DNA of 32,000 nt from Microcystis aeruginosa NIES-843. Its GTDB lineage: Bacteria > Cyanobacteriota > Cyanobacteriia > Cyanobacteriales > Microcystaceae. The position numbers and the translations under genes were made by a program. The notes under the pieces are model-generated. The model saw only the letters and a list, made by a program, of their open reading frames with translations, did not search any database and was not told the DNA's origin. The stretch spans positions 5,400,001-5,432,000 of the forward strand of contig NC_010296.1 of NCBI RefSeq assembly GCF_000010625.1, given 5' to 3'. This document shows positions 17,280 through 25,615 of the stretch, piece by piece; within the stretch, counting starts at the first letter, position 1; each line of letters begins with the position of its first letter.

Positions 17280-17921
17280 ATGTCTAGACGTACCTACTAC
17301 CGAGATGAAGATAAATCGGTGGATGTTTATCCCGCATTTACCGATTTAATGTCCAATGCTTTCATGATTCTGAGTTTATTTCTCCTCTTGGCACTTTTTC
17401 AGTCCTATAATCTCATCAGCAAACTGGAGGAAGCTAACCGAAAACTGCAAACAGCAACCCCGATAGTTATCGATGAAAAATCAGGAAAATTCAAATTTCA
17501 GTCGGGAAGTGCTGAATTAAACCCTGCTTTAAAAACCTATATTCGTCAGCGCATTATTCCCGCTATCGAAACCATTACCAAAGACAGAGAAATCGACTTT
17601 ATTCAAGTAATTGGACACACCGATGGACAGGGAATACAAAAGACAAGTAATCTCGATAAAAATATCGAATCGGTTGCCAGCAGAAAACAATCTGTTAAAA
17701 TGCTAGTACCCGGTTCTAACACTGATTTAGGATTAATGCGAGCTTTAGCAGTAGTGCAAGAAATCGAAAACACAGGTAAACTCAAAAACGTCAAATTTCG
17801 AGCTTTTTCCGCAGGACAGTTATACCTCCCATCGGGTAACTTAGCTGCGGTTAATCGTGACGCAGATGCAAGCAGACGCAGAATTGAAATCCGTTTTATT
17901 CCCCCTGGTAGAAAACAATAA
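17280..17921 (+). CDS. MotB/OmpA-like stator partner (ZorB-like): N-terminal TM helix with a conserved Asp, plus an OmpA-type peptidoglycan-binding domain
   Basis: 213-aa ORF starting 22 nt after the tail gene. YPAFTDLMSNAFMILSLFLLLALF carries Asp22 (gat, 17343..17345) at the position of the protonatable MotB Asp. The C-terminal part reads VIGHTDGQG...DLGLMRALAVVQEI...RRRIEIRF, the OmpA-like pattern. Confidence 0.8.
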   Translation: MSRRTYYRDEDKSVDVYPAFTDLMSNAFMILSLFLLLALFQSYNLISKLEEANRKLQTATPIVIDEKSGKFKFQSGSAELNPALKTYIRQRIIPAIETITKDREIDFIQVIGHTDGQGIQKTSNLDKNIESVASRKQSVKMLVPGSNTDLGLMRALAVVQEIENTGKLKNVKFRAFSAGQLYLPSGNLAAVNRDADASRRRIEIRFIPPGRKQ

Positions 17922-18000
17922 GACAAAAAAATTCTAGAAATTTGTTTTTTTATCTTTTGCTTGTTACACTGAGGAAAGAACGAAATTCAAATCAATATCT

Positions 18001-18234
18001 ATGGAACAAAACACTTTAGAGGGGACTTGGGAAGAAATTTTACAGCATAGTGCTAAATTAGCAGGTCAGCGAGTGAGATTGACCATTCTACCTAATCAAT
18101 CTTCCAATTCTTCCACTCCAGAAACCCTAGACCAAAAATTAAAAGGAAGAGTTGGACGAGTTTATTTTCAGCCATCAGATTTATCTGAGCGAGTAGAAGA
18201 AGTTTTTACAAATATTTTAGATGATAAAGACTAA
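18001..18234 (+). CDS. Putative antitoxin of the downstream PIN toxin
   Basis: 77-aa ORF ending 14 nt before the PIN gene. I recognise no DNA-binding motif, so the call is positional only. Confidence 0.45.
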   Translation: MEQNTLEGTWEEILQHSAKLAGQRVRLTILPNQSSNSSTPETLDQKLKGRVGRVYFQPSDLSERVEEVFTNILDDKD

Positions 18235-18248
18235 TCAGCATTACATCA

Positions 18249-18656
18249 ATGACTCTTTGCGACGCTTCTCCACTTATTGCCTTAATTAATGAAGCTGATA
18301 AAAATCATCAGCGTTGTGTTGACATTTTATCTTCGCTATCGGCCCCCCTTGTCACGACTTGCGCTTGTTTTACCGAAGCAATGTATTTATTGCGTCGATA
18401 TGGTGGTTGGTTCGCACAACAAGAATTATGGGGTTATGTGGTAGATGAAATACTGGTAATACACCATCATAATTCAGATGAACTAAAAAGAATGGAAACC
18501 TTAATGATACAATATCAAGATGTTCCTATGGATTTAGCAGATGCTTCTTTAGTAGCCATGGCTGAAGTTCTTAATCAAAAACAAATATTCACTCTCGATA
18601 GCGATTTCTATATTTACCGACGGTATGGAAATCAACCTTTTGAGGTTGTACCTTAA
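18249..18656 (+). CDS. PIN-domain ribonuclease toxin (VapC-like)
   Basis: 135-aa ORF with four acidic PIN positions in the expected spacing: MTLCDASPLIAL, CFTEAMYLL, DLADASLVAMAE, FTLDSDF. Confidence 0.85.
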   Translation: MTLCDASPLIALINEADKNHQRCVDILSSLSAPLVTTCACFTEAMYLLRRYGGWFAQQELWGYVVDEILVIHHHNSDELKRMETLMIQYQDVPMDLADASLVAMAEVLNQKQIFTLDSDFYIYRRYGNQPFEVVP

Positions 18657-18670
18657 TTATTTTTCATTCC

Positions 18671-19231
18671 CTAGAGGGTGACATCCTCGTATAAATCCCG
18701 AAAAGATGCCTTCAGATTAATACTCTGCAAACTAAAACTTTCTTCCTGATAGGTTTGCAGAATCCATAAACCCTGTTCACCCCGTCGAAAAGTTTCCACT
18801 CGTTGGTGTTTACTATTCACTAAGACATATTCCTCTAAACTTTCTAGAGTTTGATAATCATTAAATTTATCACCCCTGTCAAAAGCTTCTGTGGAATCGG
18901 AGAGAACTTCGATAATCAATTTAGGAAAACTTTTGTAGGTAGCGGTTTCTCTATCTCTGTTATCGCAGGTGACAATAATATCAGGATAATAAAAGTGATT
19001 GCGTTTCTCTAATCTGACTTTCACATCGGCAAAATAAACCCGACAATCGGAACCCCGCAAATGATTACGAATGAGAAAAGTGAAATTGAGTCCGATAATA
19101 TTATGAGTATCCGTTGTCCCTGCCATGGCGTAAACTTGTCCATCGATATATTCATGTTTAATGGGACTTTTTTCTTCAAACTGAAGATATTCTTCTGGAG
19201 TGAGATTATTATAGTTAGATAAAGCAATCAT
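18671..19231 (-). CDS. Uma2-family (DUF820) PD-(D/E)xK endonuclease, copy 1
   Basis: 186-aa ORF. EEYLQFEEKSPIKHEYIDGQVYAMAGTTDTHN...YFADVKVRL...YPDIIVTCD...PKLIIEVLSDST...DRGDKFNDYQTL..LEEYVLV is the typical Uma2 pattern. Confidence 0.85.
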   Translation of the reverse strand: MIALSNYNNLTPEEYLQFEEKSPIKHEYIDGQVYAMAGTTDTHNIIGLNFTFLIRNHLRGSDCRVYFADVKVRLEKRNHFYYPDIIVTCDNRDRETATYKSFPKLIIEVLSDSTEAFDRGDKFNDYQTLESLEEYVLVNSKHQRVETFRRGEQGLWILQTYQEESFSLQSINLKASFRDLYEDVTL

Positions 19232-19257
19232 GGGTTTAATCGTTGAAGGAGATTTTC

Positions 19258-19848
19258 TTAAGTACTTTCGGGAGTATCATTAACCGTTTCTAGGGTGACA
19301 TCCTCGTATAAATCCCGAAAAGATGCCGTCAGATTAATACTCTGTAAACTAAAACTTTCTTGCTGATAGGTTTGCAGAATCCATAAACCCTGTTCACCCC
19401 GTCGAAAAGTTTCTACTCGTTGGTGTTTACTATTCACTAAGACATATTCCTCTAAACTTTCTAGAGTTTGATAATCATTAAATTTATCACCCCTGTCAAA
19501 AGCTTCTGTAGAATCGGAGAGAACTTCGATAATCAATTTAGGAAAACTTTTGTAGGTAGCGGTTTCTCTATCTCTGTCATCGCAGGTGACAATAATATCA
19601 GGATAATAAAAGTGATTGCGCTTCTCTAATCTGACTTTCACATCGGCAAAATAAACCCGACAATCGGAACCCCGCAAATGATTACGAATAATTGTGTATA
19701 TATTCCCCGAAACAATATTATGAGTATCCGTCGTTCCTGCCATGGCGTAAACTTGTCCATCGATATATTCATGTTTAATGGGACTTTTTTCTTCAAACTG
19801 AAGATATTCTTCTGGAGTGAGATTATTATAGTTAGATAAAGCAATCAT
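19258..19848 (-). CDS. Uma2-family (DUF820) PD-(D/E)xK endonuclease, copy 2 (tandem paralog)
   Basis: 196-aa ORF nearly identical to copy 1, offset by 617 bp, except for an 8-codon replaced patch and a 10-aa C-terminal extension. Confidence 0.85.
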   Translation of the reverse strand: MIALSNYNNLTPEEYLQFEEKSPIKHEYIDGQVYAMAGTTDTHNIVSGNIYTIIRNHLRGSDCRVYFADVKVRLEKRNHFYYPDIIVTCDDRDRETATYKSFPKLIIEVLSDSTEAFDRGDKFNDYQTLESLEEYVLVNSKHQRVETFRRGEQGLWILQTYQQESFSLQSINLTASFRDLYEDVTLETVNDTPEST

Positions 19849-20141
19849 CTTTTTTTCTGCTAGTTACAACTATATTTAAGTACCTAGGCAAAATTAATTA
19901 TACATCTAAGCTGTCAGCCTTTTCCGTAATCAGTAAGCAGTATTAAGTAACAGTAACATTCCCTGATTACTGTTCACTGTTCACCGATAACCGAAAAGTC
20001 TCCCCTCTCCCAGTCTCGACTAGGAAATTAACTTTGCAGGACTAGATACCTGTTCAAATACTGTCTAGGAGAACCAGCAAAAAGAGCCTAGAATGGTTAA
20101 TCTATATGCTATTACCCTTGTAACTCTCTATAACTACTGCT

Positions 20142-22061
20142 ATGACAACCCTAATTGACTATTCAAATATTCAATCTTTACCCGAAGTTTGGTCAATAGT
20201 TGCCCAACGTTTCCCCAATATTATCGCCCTGCACGATCCCCACAGTAAACCGGAAGTAATTCTCACCTATCGGGAACTTTATCAACAAATTCAGCAATTT
20301 GCCGCCGCTTTGCAAGCATTAGGAGTCACAGAAACCGAAAATGTCGCTTTATTTGCCGATAATAGTCCCCGGTGGTTTATTGCCGACCAAGGTTCCATGG
20401 CAGCCGGGGCTGCCAATGCGGTACGATCTGCTCAAGCAGATGCAGAGGAATTAGCCTATATTCTGGCCGATAGTGACAGTCAGACGCTGATTGTCGAAAA
20501 TAACAAAACTTTAGGGAAATTACTGGCGAAAATCCCTGAATTGCCCCTAAAATTAATCGTGCTGCTCACCGACGAAGACCCCGCTACTGGGGCGATTTCC
20601 GTGCAGACCTTAAATTTCAAGCAACTAATGGCGATCGGGGCTGAGAACACCCTTAAACCCATCACCAAGAGCGAAAATGATCTGGCTACCCTCATCTACA
20701 CATCGGGAACGACGGGACAACCAAAAGGGGTGATGCTAAGTCACGGTAATCTGCTGCATCAGGTACGCAACTTAAATGCTATCTTTCAACCGGATCCTGG
20801 CGATCGAGTTTTAAGTATACTACCTTCATGGCATTCCTACGAGCGCAGTTGTGAGTATTTCAGTCTAGCTCAGGGTTGCACCCAGATTTATACCAGTATT
20901 CGCACTTTTAAGTCCGATTTAAAGCAATTTAGTCCGCAATTAATGGTGGGAGTTCCCCGTCTTTGGGAATCTCTTTACGAGGGTATCCAAAAACAATTTA
21001 GCGAACAATCGGCCACAAAACAGAAATTAGTGAGATTTTTGCTAGAAAAGTCGGAAAAGTACGTTATTGCTAAACGTATCGCCGATAATCTCAGTCTAGA
21101 TCATCTTCACGCTTCCGAGATCGAAAGACTAAAAGCAAGAATTCAATCCCTCTTACTCTATCCCCTCCATGCCATCGGTGATAAGCTAGTTTATGGCAAA
21201 ATTCGCCAAGCAGTGGGAAATAAAGTTAAAATCTTGGTTAGTGGCGGTGGTTCCTTAGCCAGACATCTAGATACTTTCTATGAGATTGCCGGAATCCCGA
21301 TTTTAGTTGGTTATGGACTGACAGAAACTTCTCCTGTGGCTACCGTCCGTCGTATCGATCATAACCTGCGCGGGTCTGCCGGTCGTCCCGTCTTTCAGAC
21401 AGAAATCTGTATTGTCGATTTACACAGCAAAGAAGTCTTACCGACAGAAAAACACGGTTTAGTCTTGATTCGCGGTCCGCAGGTGATGCAGGGATACTAT
21501 AAAAAACCGGAAGCAACCGAAAAAGCGATTTCTCCCGATGGTTGGTTTGATAGCGGTGATATTGGTTGGTTAACCGCTGCCGGGGATTTAGTCTTAACTG
21601 GACGGGCCAAAGATACAATTGTTTTGAGCAATGGTGAAAATATCGAACCGCAACCGATTGAAGATGCTTGTTTACGCAGTCCCTTTATCTCCCAAATTAT
21701 GCTAGTGGGACAGGATCAAAAAGCTTTGGGGGCTTTGATCGTGCCTAATCTTGATATACTGGCCAATTGGGCGCAAGAACAGAAAATATCCTTAAATTTA
21801 CCCGATCTTCACAGCGATCGCTCAACGATTCTTTCTAGCGATCTCTACAGCAAAAAAGTCTTAGCTCTCTACCAACAAGAATTAAAGCGCGAGGTAAGAA
21901 ATCGGCCCAGTTATCGTACCGATGACCAGATTAAAACCTTTGAGTTAATTTTAGAGCCTTTTTCCCAAGAAAACGGCATGATGACCCAAACTTTAAAGAT
22001 TAAACGACCGGTAGTAACGCAACGCTATCGCGATATGATTAACGAGATGTTTGCCAAGTAA
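20142..22061 (+). CDS. aas: AMP-dependent long-chain fatty acid ligase; in cyanobacteria this single FadD-like gene is the acyl-ACP synthetase
   Basis: 639-aa ORF. AMP-binding motif YTSGTTGQPKGVMLSHGNL, GYGLTETSP, FDSGDIGW, LTGRAKD. The N-terminus resembles my memory of the Synechocystis Slr1609-type Aas. Confidence 0.85.
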   Translation: MTTLIDYSNIQSLPEVWSIVAQRFPNIIALHDPHSKPEVILTYRELYQQIQQFAAALQALGVTETENVALFADNSPRWFIADQGSMAAGAANAVRSAQADAEELAYILADSDSQTLIVENNKTLGKLLAKIPELPLKLIVLLTDEDPATGAISVQTLNFKQLMAIGAENTLKPITKSENDLATLIYTSGTTGQPKGVMLSHGNLLHQVRNLNAIFQPDPGDRVLSILPSWHSYERSCEYFSLAQGCTQIYTSIRTFKSDLKQFSPQLMVGVPRLWESLYEGIQKQFSEQSATKQKLVRFLLEKSEKYVIAKRIADNLSLDHLHASEIERLKARIQSLLLYPLHAIGDKLVYGKIRQAVGNKVKILVSGGGSLARHLDTFYEIAGIPILVGYGLTETSPVATVRRIDHNLRGSAGRPVFQTEICIVDLHSKEVLPTEKHGLVLIRGPQVMQGYYKKPEATEKAISPDGWFDSGDIGWLTAAGDLVLTGRAKDTIVLSNGENIEPQPIEDACLRSPFISQIMLVGQDQKALGALIVPNLDILANWAQEQKISLNLPDLHSDRSTILSSDLYSKKVLALYQQELKREVRNRPSYRTDDQIKTFELILEPFSQENGMMTQTLKIKRPVVTQRYRDMINEMFAK

Positions 22062-22122
22062 ATATTTCTGGCAAATATTCCCTAACCCCTTGACAAAAAG
22101 ACCTTTTTAGGATAAGCAAATC

Positions 22123-22572
22123 ATGGATGACGCACAAACCAGTTTATTACTGAAGCGCCCGGTGACAATTAAAGTCATCGTGACTCCGCGCTGGAAAGAA
22201 GAAGCACAACAGCAATTACAAGCACAAATGGCTCAAATTGACGCACAAATTCAACAATTAGAAACCCAAGGCCAAAGAGCGATCGCCGAAATTCAGCGTC
22301 AGAGTCTGATCCCCTTACCCCCCGCGGCTGCCCAACAGATTGACAATATTCAAATCCAAGTCAATCAACAAAAAAGTGAGTTTCTCGAACAAAAAAACCA
22401 GTATCTGCAACAATTGCAACAGGTACAACTCTTGGAACTCAATCAAGAAGTCGCCCAAGCACAACTAGAAAGCTTTTTCCGGGTCGAAAAAGGCGATAAC
22501 TTAGTAGCCAAAATGAATGTGGAACTCGTCCTTAGAGATGGCGTCGTCGAAGAAATTCGCGGCGAAATTTAA
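22123..22572 (+). CDS. Gln-rich coiled-coil protein, possibly YlqD family
   Basis: 149-aa ORF. KRPVTIKVIVTPRWKEE is followed by a long Q-rich helix and a C-terminal beta segment. The YlqD assignment is from memory only. Confidence 0.6.
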   Translation: MDDAQTSLLLKRPVTIKVIVTPRWKEEAQQQLQAQMAQIDAQIQQLETQGQRAIAEIQRQSLIPLPPAAAQQIDNIQIQVNQQKSEFLEQKNQYLQQLQQVQLLELNQEVAQAQLESFFRVEKGDNLVAKMNVELVLRDGVVEEIRGEI

Positions 22573-22818
22573 AGCTAGGGTGAGCAGTTCCCGTCACTGT
22601 CAACGTAACGGTTAAAATCGGCAATAGCAAGGGTTATTCTCCCTTGCTAACCCATAAAACCGCCCCTAGCTCACATCACCCCTGACATGACTTGATCAGG
22701 CCTGAAAAATATATTAAGATTCTTTATCGATCGCCCGGACACCCTCGCCTATATTGTTGTATAACTTCATATCTCCATCGACTCACCCTTAATTAGATCC
22801 TATAAATATAGAATCTCT

Positions 22819-24183
22819 ATGCTTTCTTTCTTACCCACTATTCTTTTAGCTCAGTCCGCCTCGGTCTTGCCCCAGATAGAGAGGAAATTAGTCACCCAAT
22901 ATCAGGAAGTGCGTCAGTTACCCGGTCAACTGAATGATGTGCTGGTTTTTAATAGCAATAGTCCCGAAATCGTAGAAAAAGAGGGAATTCTCCTCTCTAC
23001 TTTCCCCGGCAAAGGAAAACGTTATCCCGTAGCCCATCTCAATCATCCCCTACAAGGACGTTTTGACGTTTTCACCCACCACATCGCCCGTCAAACCGAT
23101 CCCAATCGCGACTTACACCAGGGCCTGATCGTTACTAATCCCACCTCCAGAAACCTGGTTATCCGCATCCTGCAAGGAGTCAGTTACGTCACCTCCGCCG
23201 ATGCCCCTTTTGTCGATTTACCCCCTCTGGTGGAAGATCCCAACGGCCGGGTTTTTTCTGGTCCCGGTTCCCGTTTAGCCAGCGATATCATGCGTCGTCG
23301 CCATGATACCCAATTTCCCGCCCAGATCGTCATTCCCCCAGGCCAAAGTCGGATGCTATTCGATCTGGTTATCCCCAGAAGTAGCGCCCGCTCGACCCTC
23401 CTGCGTCTCTACAGCGATGGCCCGGTCTATATGGCCAATTTAGCCCTCTACGAAGTTCCCCAAAAAGTCAACATCGAAGACAGGGAAATAGAAACCTTTC
23501 GTCCCCCTACCCTAGAGGAATGGCGTACCCTATTAGTTAGAGGTGATTTAGCCGCTCCTCGCGATTTTCCCCCCACTCCCCCCGATCAATGGTTCCCCGG
23601 AAGAAGAAATTTTTATGGTCGCGTGGCCGGAATTTCTGTCGGTTCGGAATGGGCAACCCGCATTGTCGATCCCAAAGGGGGAATTAATCTCACCATTCCT
23701 CAACCCGGTCAAGCTTTTGCCTATCCTTTAAGTACGGTGACAGCAGCTACTTTCGGAACCAGACAAATTCAAAGCGCCCCCATGTTAGTGCGTTATCCCG
23801 ATACGGCTTTCAAAGCTCACGGTAACTACGGTGTTCACTACTATCTGACTTTACCTCTATATAACAATACCAGCAAAACCCAGGTGGTGGCTTTGAGTAT
23901 TCAAACCCCAATTAAAGAAGACAATTATCTCGATCGCTTGCTATTTGTTGAACCCGTCCAGGGACCGGTATTTTTCCGGGGTGCAGTGCGCGTTACCTAT
24001 CGTAACGCACTGGGACGCACCGAGGAACGTTTTTTCCATCTCGTTCAACGGGAAGGACAACAGGGAGAAGCTTTAGTACAGGTGGAACTTCCCCCCGGAG
24101 CCAGACGCGACATTAATCTCGATTTTCTCTATCCCCCCGATGCCACACCCCCCCAAGTTTTGAGCGTTAAAACTTTGGAATAA
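22819..24183 (+). CDS. Conserved-looking secreted hypothetical protein
   Basis: 454-aa ORF with a signal-like N-terminus (MLSFLPTILLAQSAS). Codon usage is GC-richer and core-like. I recognise no catalytic motif. Confidence 0.65.
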   Translation: MLSFLPTILLAQSASVLPQIERKLVTQYQEVRQLPGQLNDVLVFNSNSPEIVEKEGILLSTFPGKGKRYPVAHLNHPLQGRFDVFTHHIARQTDPNRDLHQGLIVTNPTSRNLVIRILQGVSYVTSADAPFVDLPPLVEDPNGRVFSGPGSRLASDIMRRRHDTQFPAQIVIPPGQSRMLFDLVIPRSSARSTLLRLYSDGPVYMANLALYEVPQKVNIEDREIETFRPPTLEEWRTLLVRGDLAAPRDFPPTPPDQWFPGRRNFYGRVAGISVGSEWATRIVDPKGGINLTIPQPGQAFAYPLSTVTAATFGTRQIQSAPMLVRYPDTAFKAHGNYGVHYYLTLPLYNNTSKTQVVALSIQTPIKEDNYLDRLLFVEPVQGPVFFRGAVRVTYRNALGRTEERFFHLVQREGQQGEALVQVELPPGARRDINLDFLYPPDATPPQVLSVKTLE

Positions 24184-24255
24184 ATAGTTTTTCTCGAAAA
24201 GTTAACGGCTGATTGTCGGGGGTAATAAGTAAGATACACTGAAATTAATCTCTCT

Positions 24256-25209
24256 GTGAATCGGCCGATGAATATTAGCAAAACTTGCTTTATTTTCTGC
24301 TTATTATCTCAATTTTTGGGCAATGCAGCTGCGAGTTTAGCCGTGACTAAACTCGATTTTGATACCGGTCAACCCCTAACAAATCAAGTGGTTAGATCGG
24401 GGAAAATTAAGGTACAAGTTAGCTATCAACCCATCGACCTAAACGAGAGAGTTGATGATAATTATGATATTAATAATGTTTCTTATCAAATCTTTTATAA
24501 TGAGCAAATTTATCAGGAAAATAGCGGGTATAGTGCCTTTGGATCCGGCTATGTCGAATTAAGAGATTTAGATAATAATGGCATCGATGAGATTATCGTC
24601 TCCACCTATAGCGGCGGCGCACATTGCTGCACATCTTTGGTAATTTATACTTGGCAAAAAGATAAATTTATTAGAGAAGAAACGGGTTTTTTAGATGGTA
24701 GTGGTGGTTCCTTTGAAGATTTAGATGGAGATAATAATTATGAATTTGTCACCGTTGATAATGCTTTTTTGTACGCTTTTAGTTCCTACGCCGCCTCTTT
24801 TCCTCCCTCCAAAATTTATACTTTTCAACAGGGTAAATTAGCGGATGTCACTAGAAAATATCCCCAAGAATTAAGAAAAACTTTAGCAGCAATGTTGAAA
24901 GCCTTTCAGTTAGCTAAAAAAGAAAAAGCCGAAGTCAATGGCATTTTGGCCGGTTATGTCGCCCAAAAAATTCTCCTAGGAGAATACGAAGACGCTTGGC
25001 AATTTCTCCTCGCTAATTACGATAAAAACTCCGATTGGGGTCTCGATATCTATGGCGAAAGTACAGCGATCGGCAAATATCCAGACTTTCCCACTGCTCT
25101 AAGAGCTTTTCTCCTGAAAAATGGCTACTTAGGGTCTGCTGAAAAAGTTTGTTGGCGGGGGCAGGGTGTGGGGTGTGGGGTGTGGGGTGTAGGGTTTTCC
25201 CGATTTTGA
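24256..25209 (+). CDS. Secreted hypothetical protein with FG-GAP/VCBS-like Asp-rich loops; the 3' end reads into a repeat element
   Basis: 317-aa ORF. Signal-like N-terminus (CFIFCLLSQFLGNAAA), DLDNNGIDEIIV and DLDGDNNYEFV loops. The last ~24 codons (..WRGQGVGCGVWGVGFSRF) are encoded by the (GGGGTGT)n repeat element. Confidence 0.6.
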   Translation: MNRPMNISKTCFIFCLLSQFLGNAAASLAVTKLDFDTGQPLTNQVVRSGKIKVQVSYQPIDLNERVDDNYDINNVSYQIFYNEQIYQENSGYSAFGSGYVELRDLDNNGIDEIIVSTYSGGAHCCTSLVIYTWQKDKFIREETGFLDGSGGSFEDLDGDNNYEFVTVDNAFLYAFSSYAASFPPSKIYTFQQGKLADVTRKYPQELRKTLAAMLKAFQLAKKEKAEVNGILAGYVAQKILLGEYEDAWQFLLANYDKNSDWGLDIYGESTAIGKYPDFPTALRAFLLKNGYLGSAEKVCWRGQGVGCGVWGVGFSRF

Positions 25210-25349
25210 GGTAGTCAGTTACCTAAAATTCAGGGAAAAAGTCCCTGAATTTTACCCGCGATCACTCCAATGGTCAGCACTTTTTGAGGGGAAAAAAGTC
25301 TAAAAACCTTATCCAACAATGTTTTTAGATTTATTCCAGCAAACCCTAA
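25131..25349 (+). repeat. Dispersed ~210-bp repeat element, copy A (G-tract heptamers plus hairpin)
   Basis: agggtctgctgaaaaag...cagggtgtggggtgtggggtgtggggtgtaggg...aaaattcaggg aaaaagt ccctgaatttt...cactttttgaggggaaaaaagtc.aaaa.cttatccaaca..gtttttagatttatt. It aligns in direct orientation with 27267..27484, with scattered mismatches. Confidence 0.85.
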
Positions 25350-25615
25350 GTAGAGGCGATAAAATTCCATGTTCCAGGAGGGTTTTTTCGGCTGGTGGCA
25401 GTAAGCAATCAAACCAGAGAGGAGATTAAGGCAAAAATTAACAGAGCTACCGTGGCGGGAATGTTCAACGGAAGTTTCCCTTTGACAAAAAGCGACAACC
25501 TCTGCTGTGGCAGAATCTGTATGGGGGAACTTCCGCTAAAAACAGACAAATTTAACGGAGTTCGCGGTTCGGCATCACGCTTCGAGCGAGCGGCTGTTAA
25601 TAGCCTTGAACTCAA

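Noticed and set aside
22627-22647. Hairpin gcaaggg-ttattct-cccttgc after the coiled-coil gene, considered as an intrinsic terminator
   Set aside because: It has a perfect 7-bp stem, but no U-tract follows (taacccataaaacc). That is insufficient to call it a terminator.
25230-25412. 60-aa minus-strand ORF
   Set aside because: It lies inside dispersed repeat copy A, and the homologous position in copy B is not open. It is not a gene.
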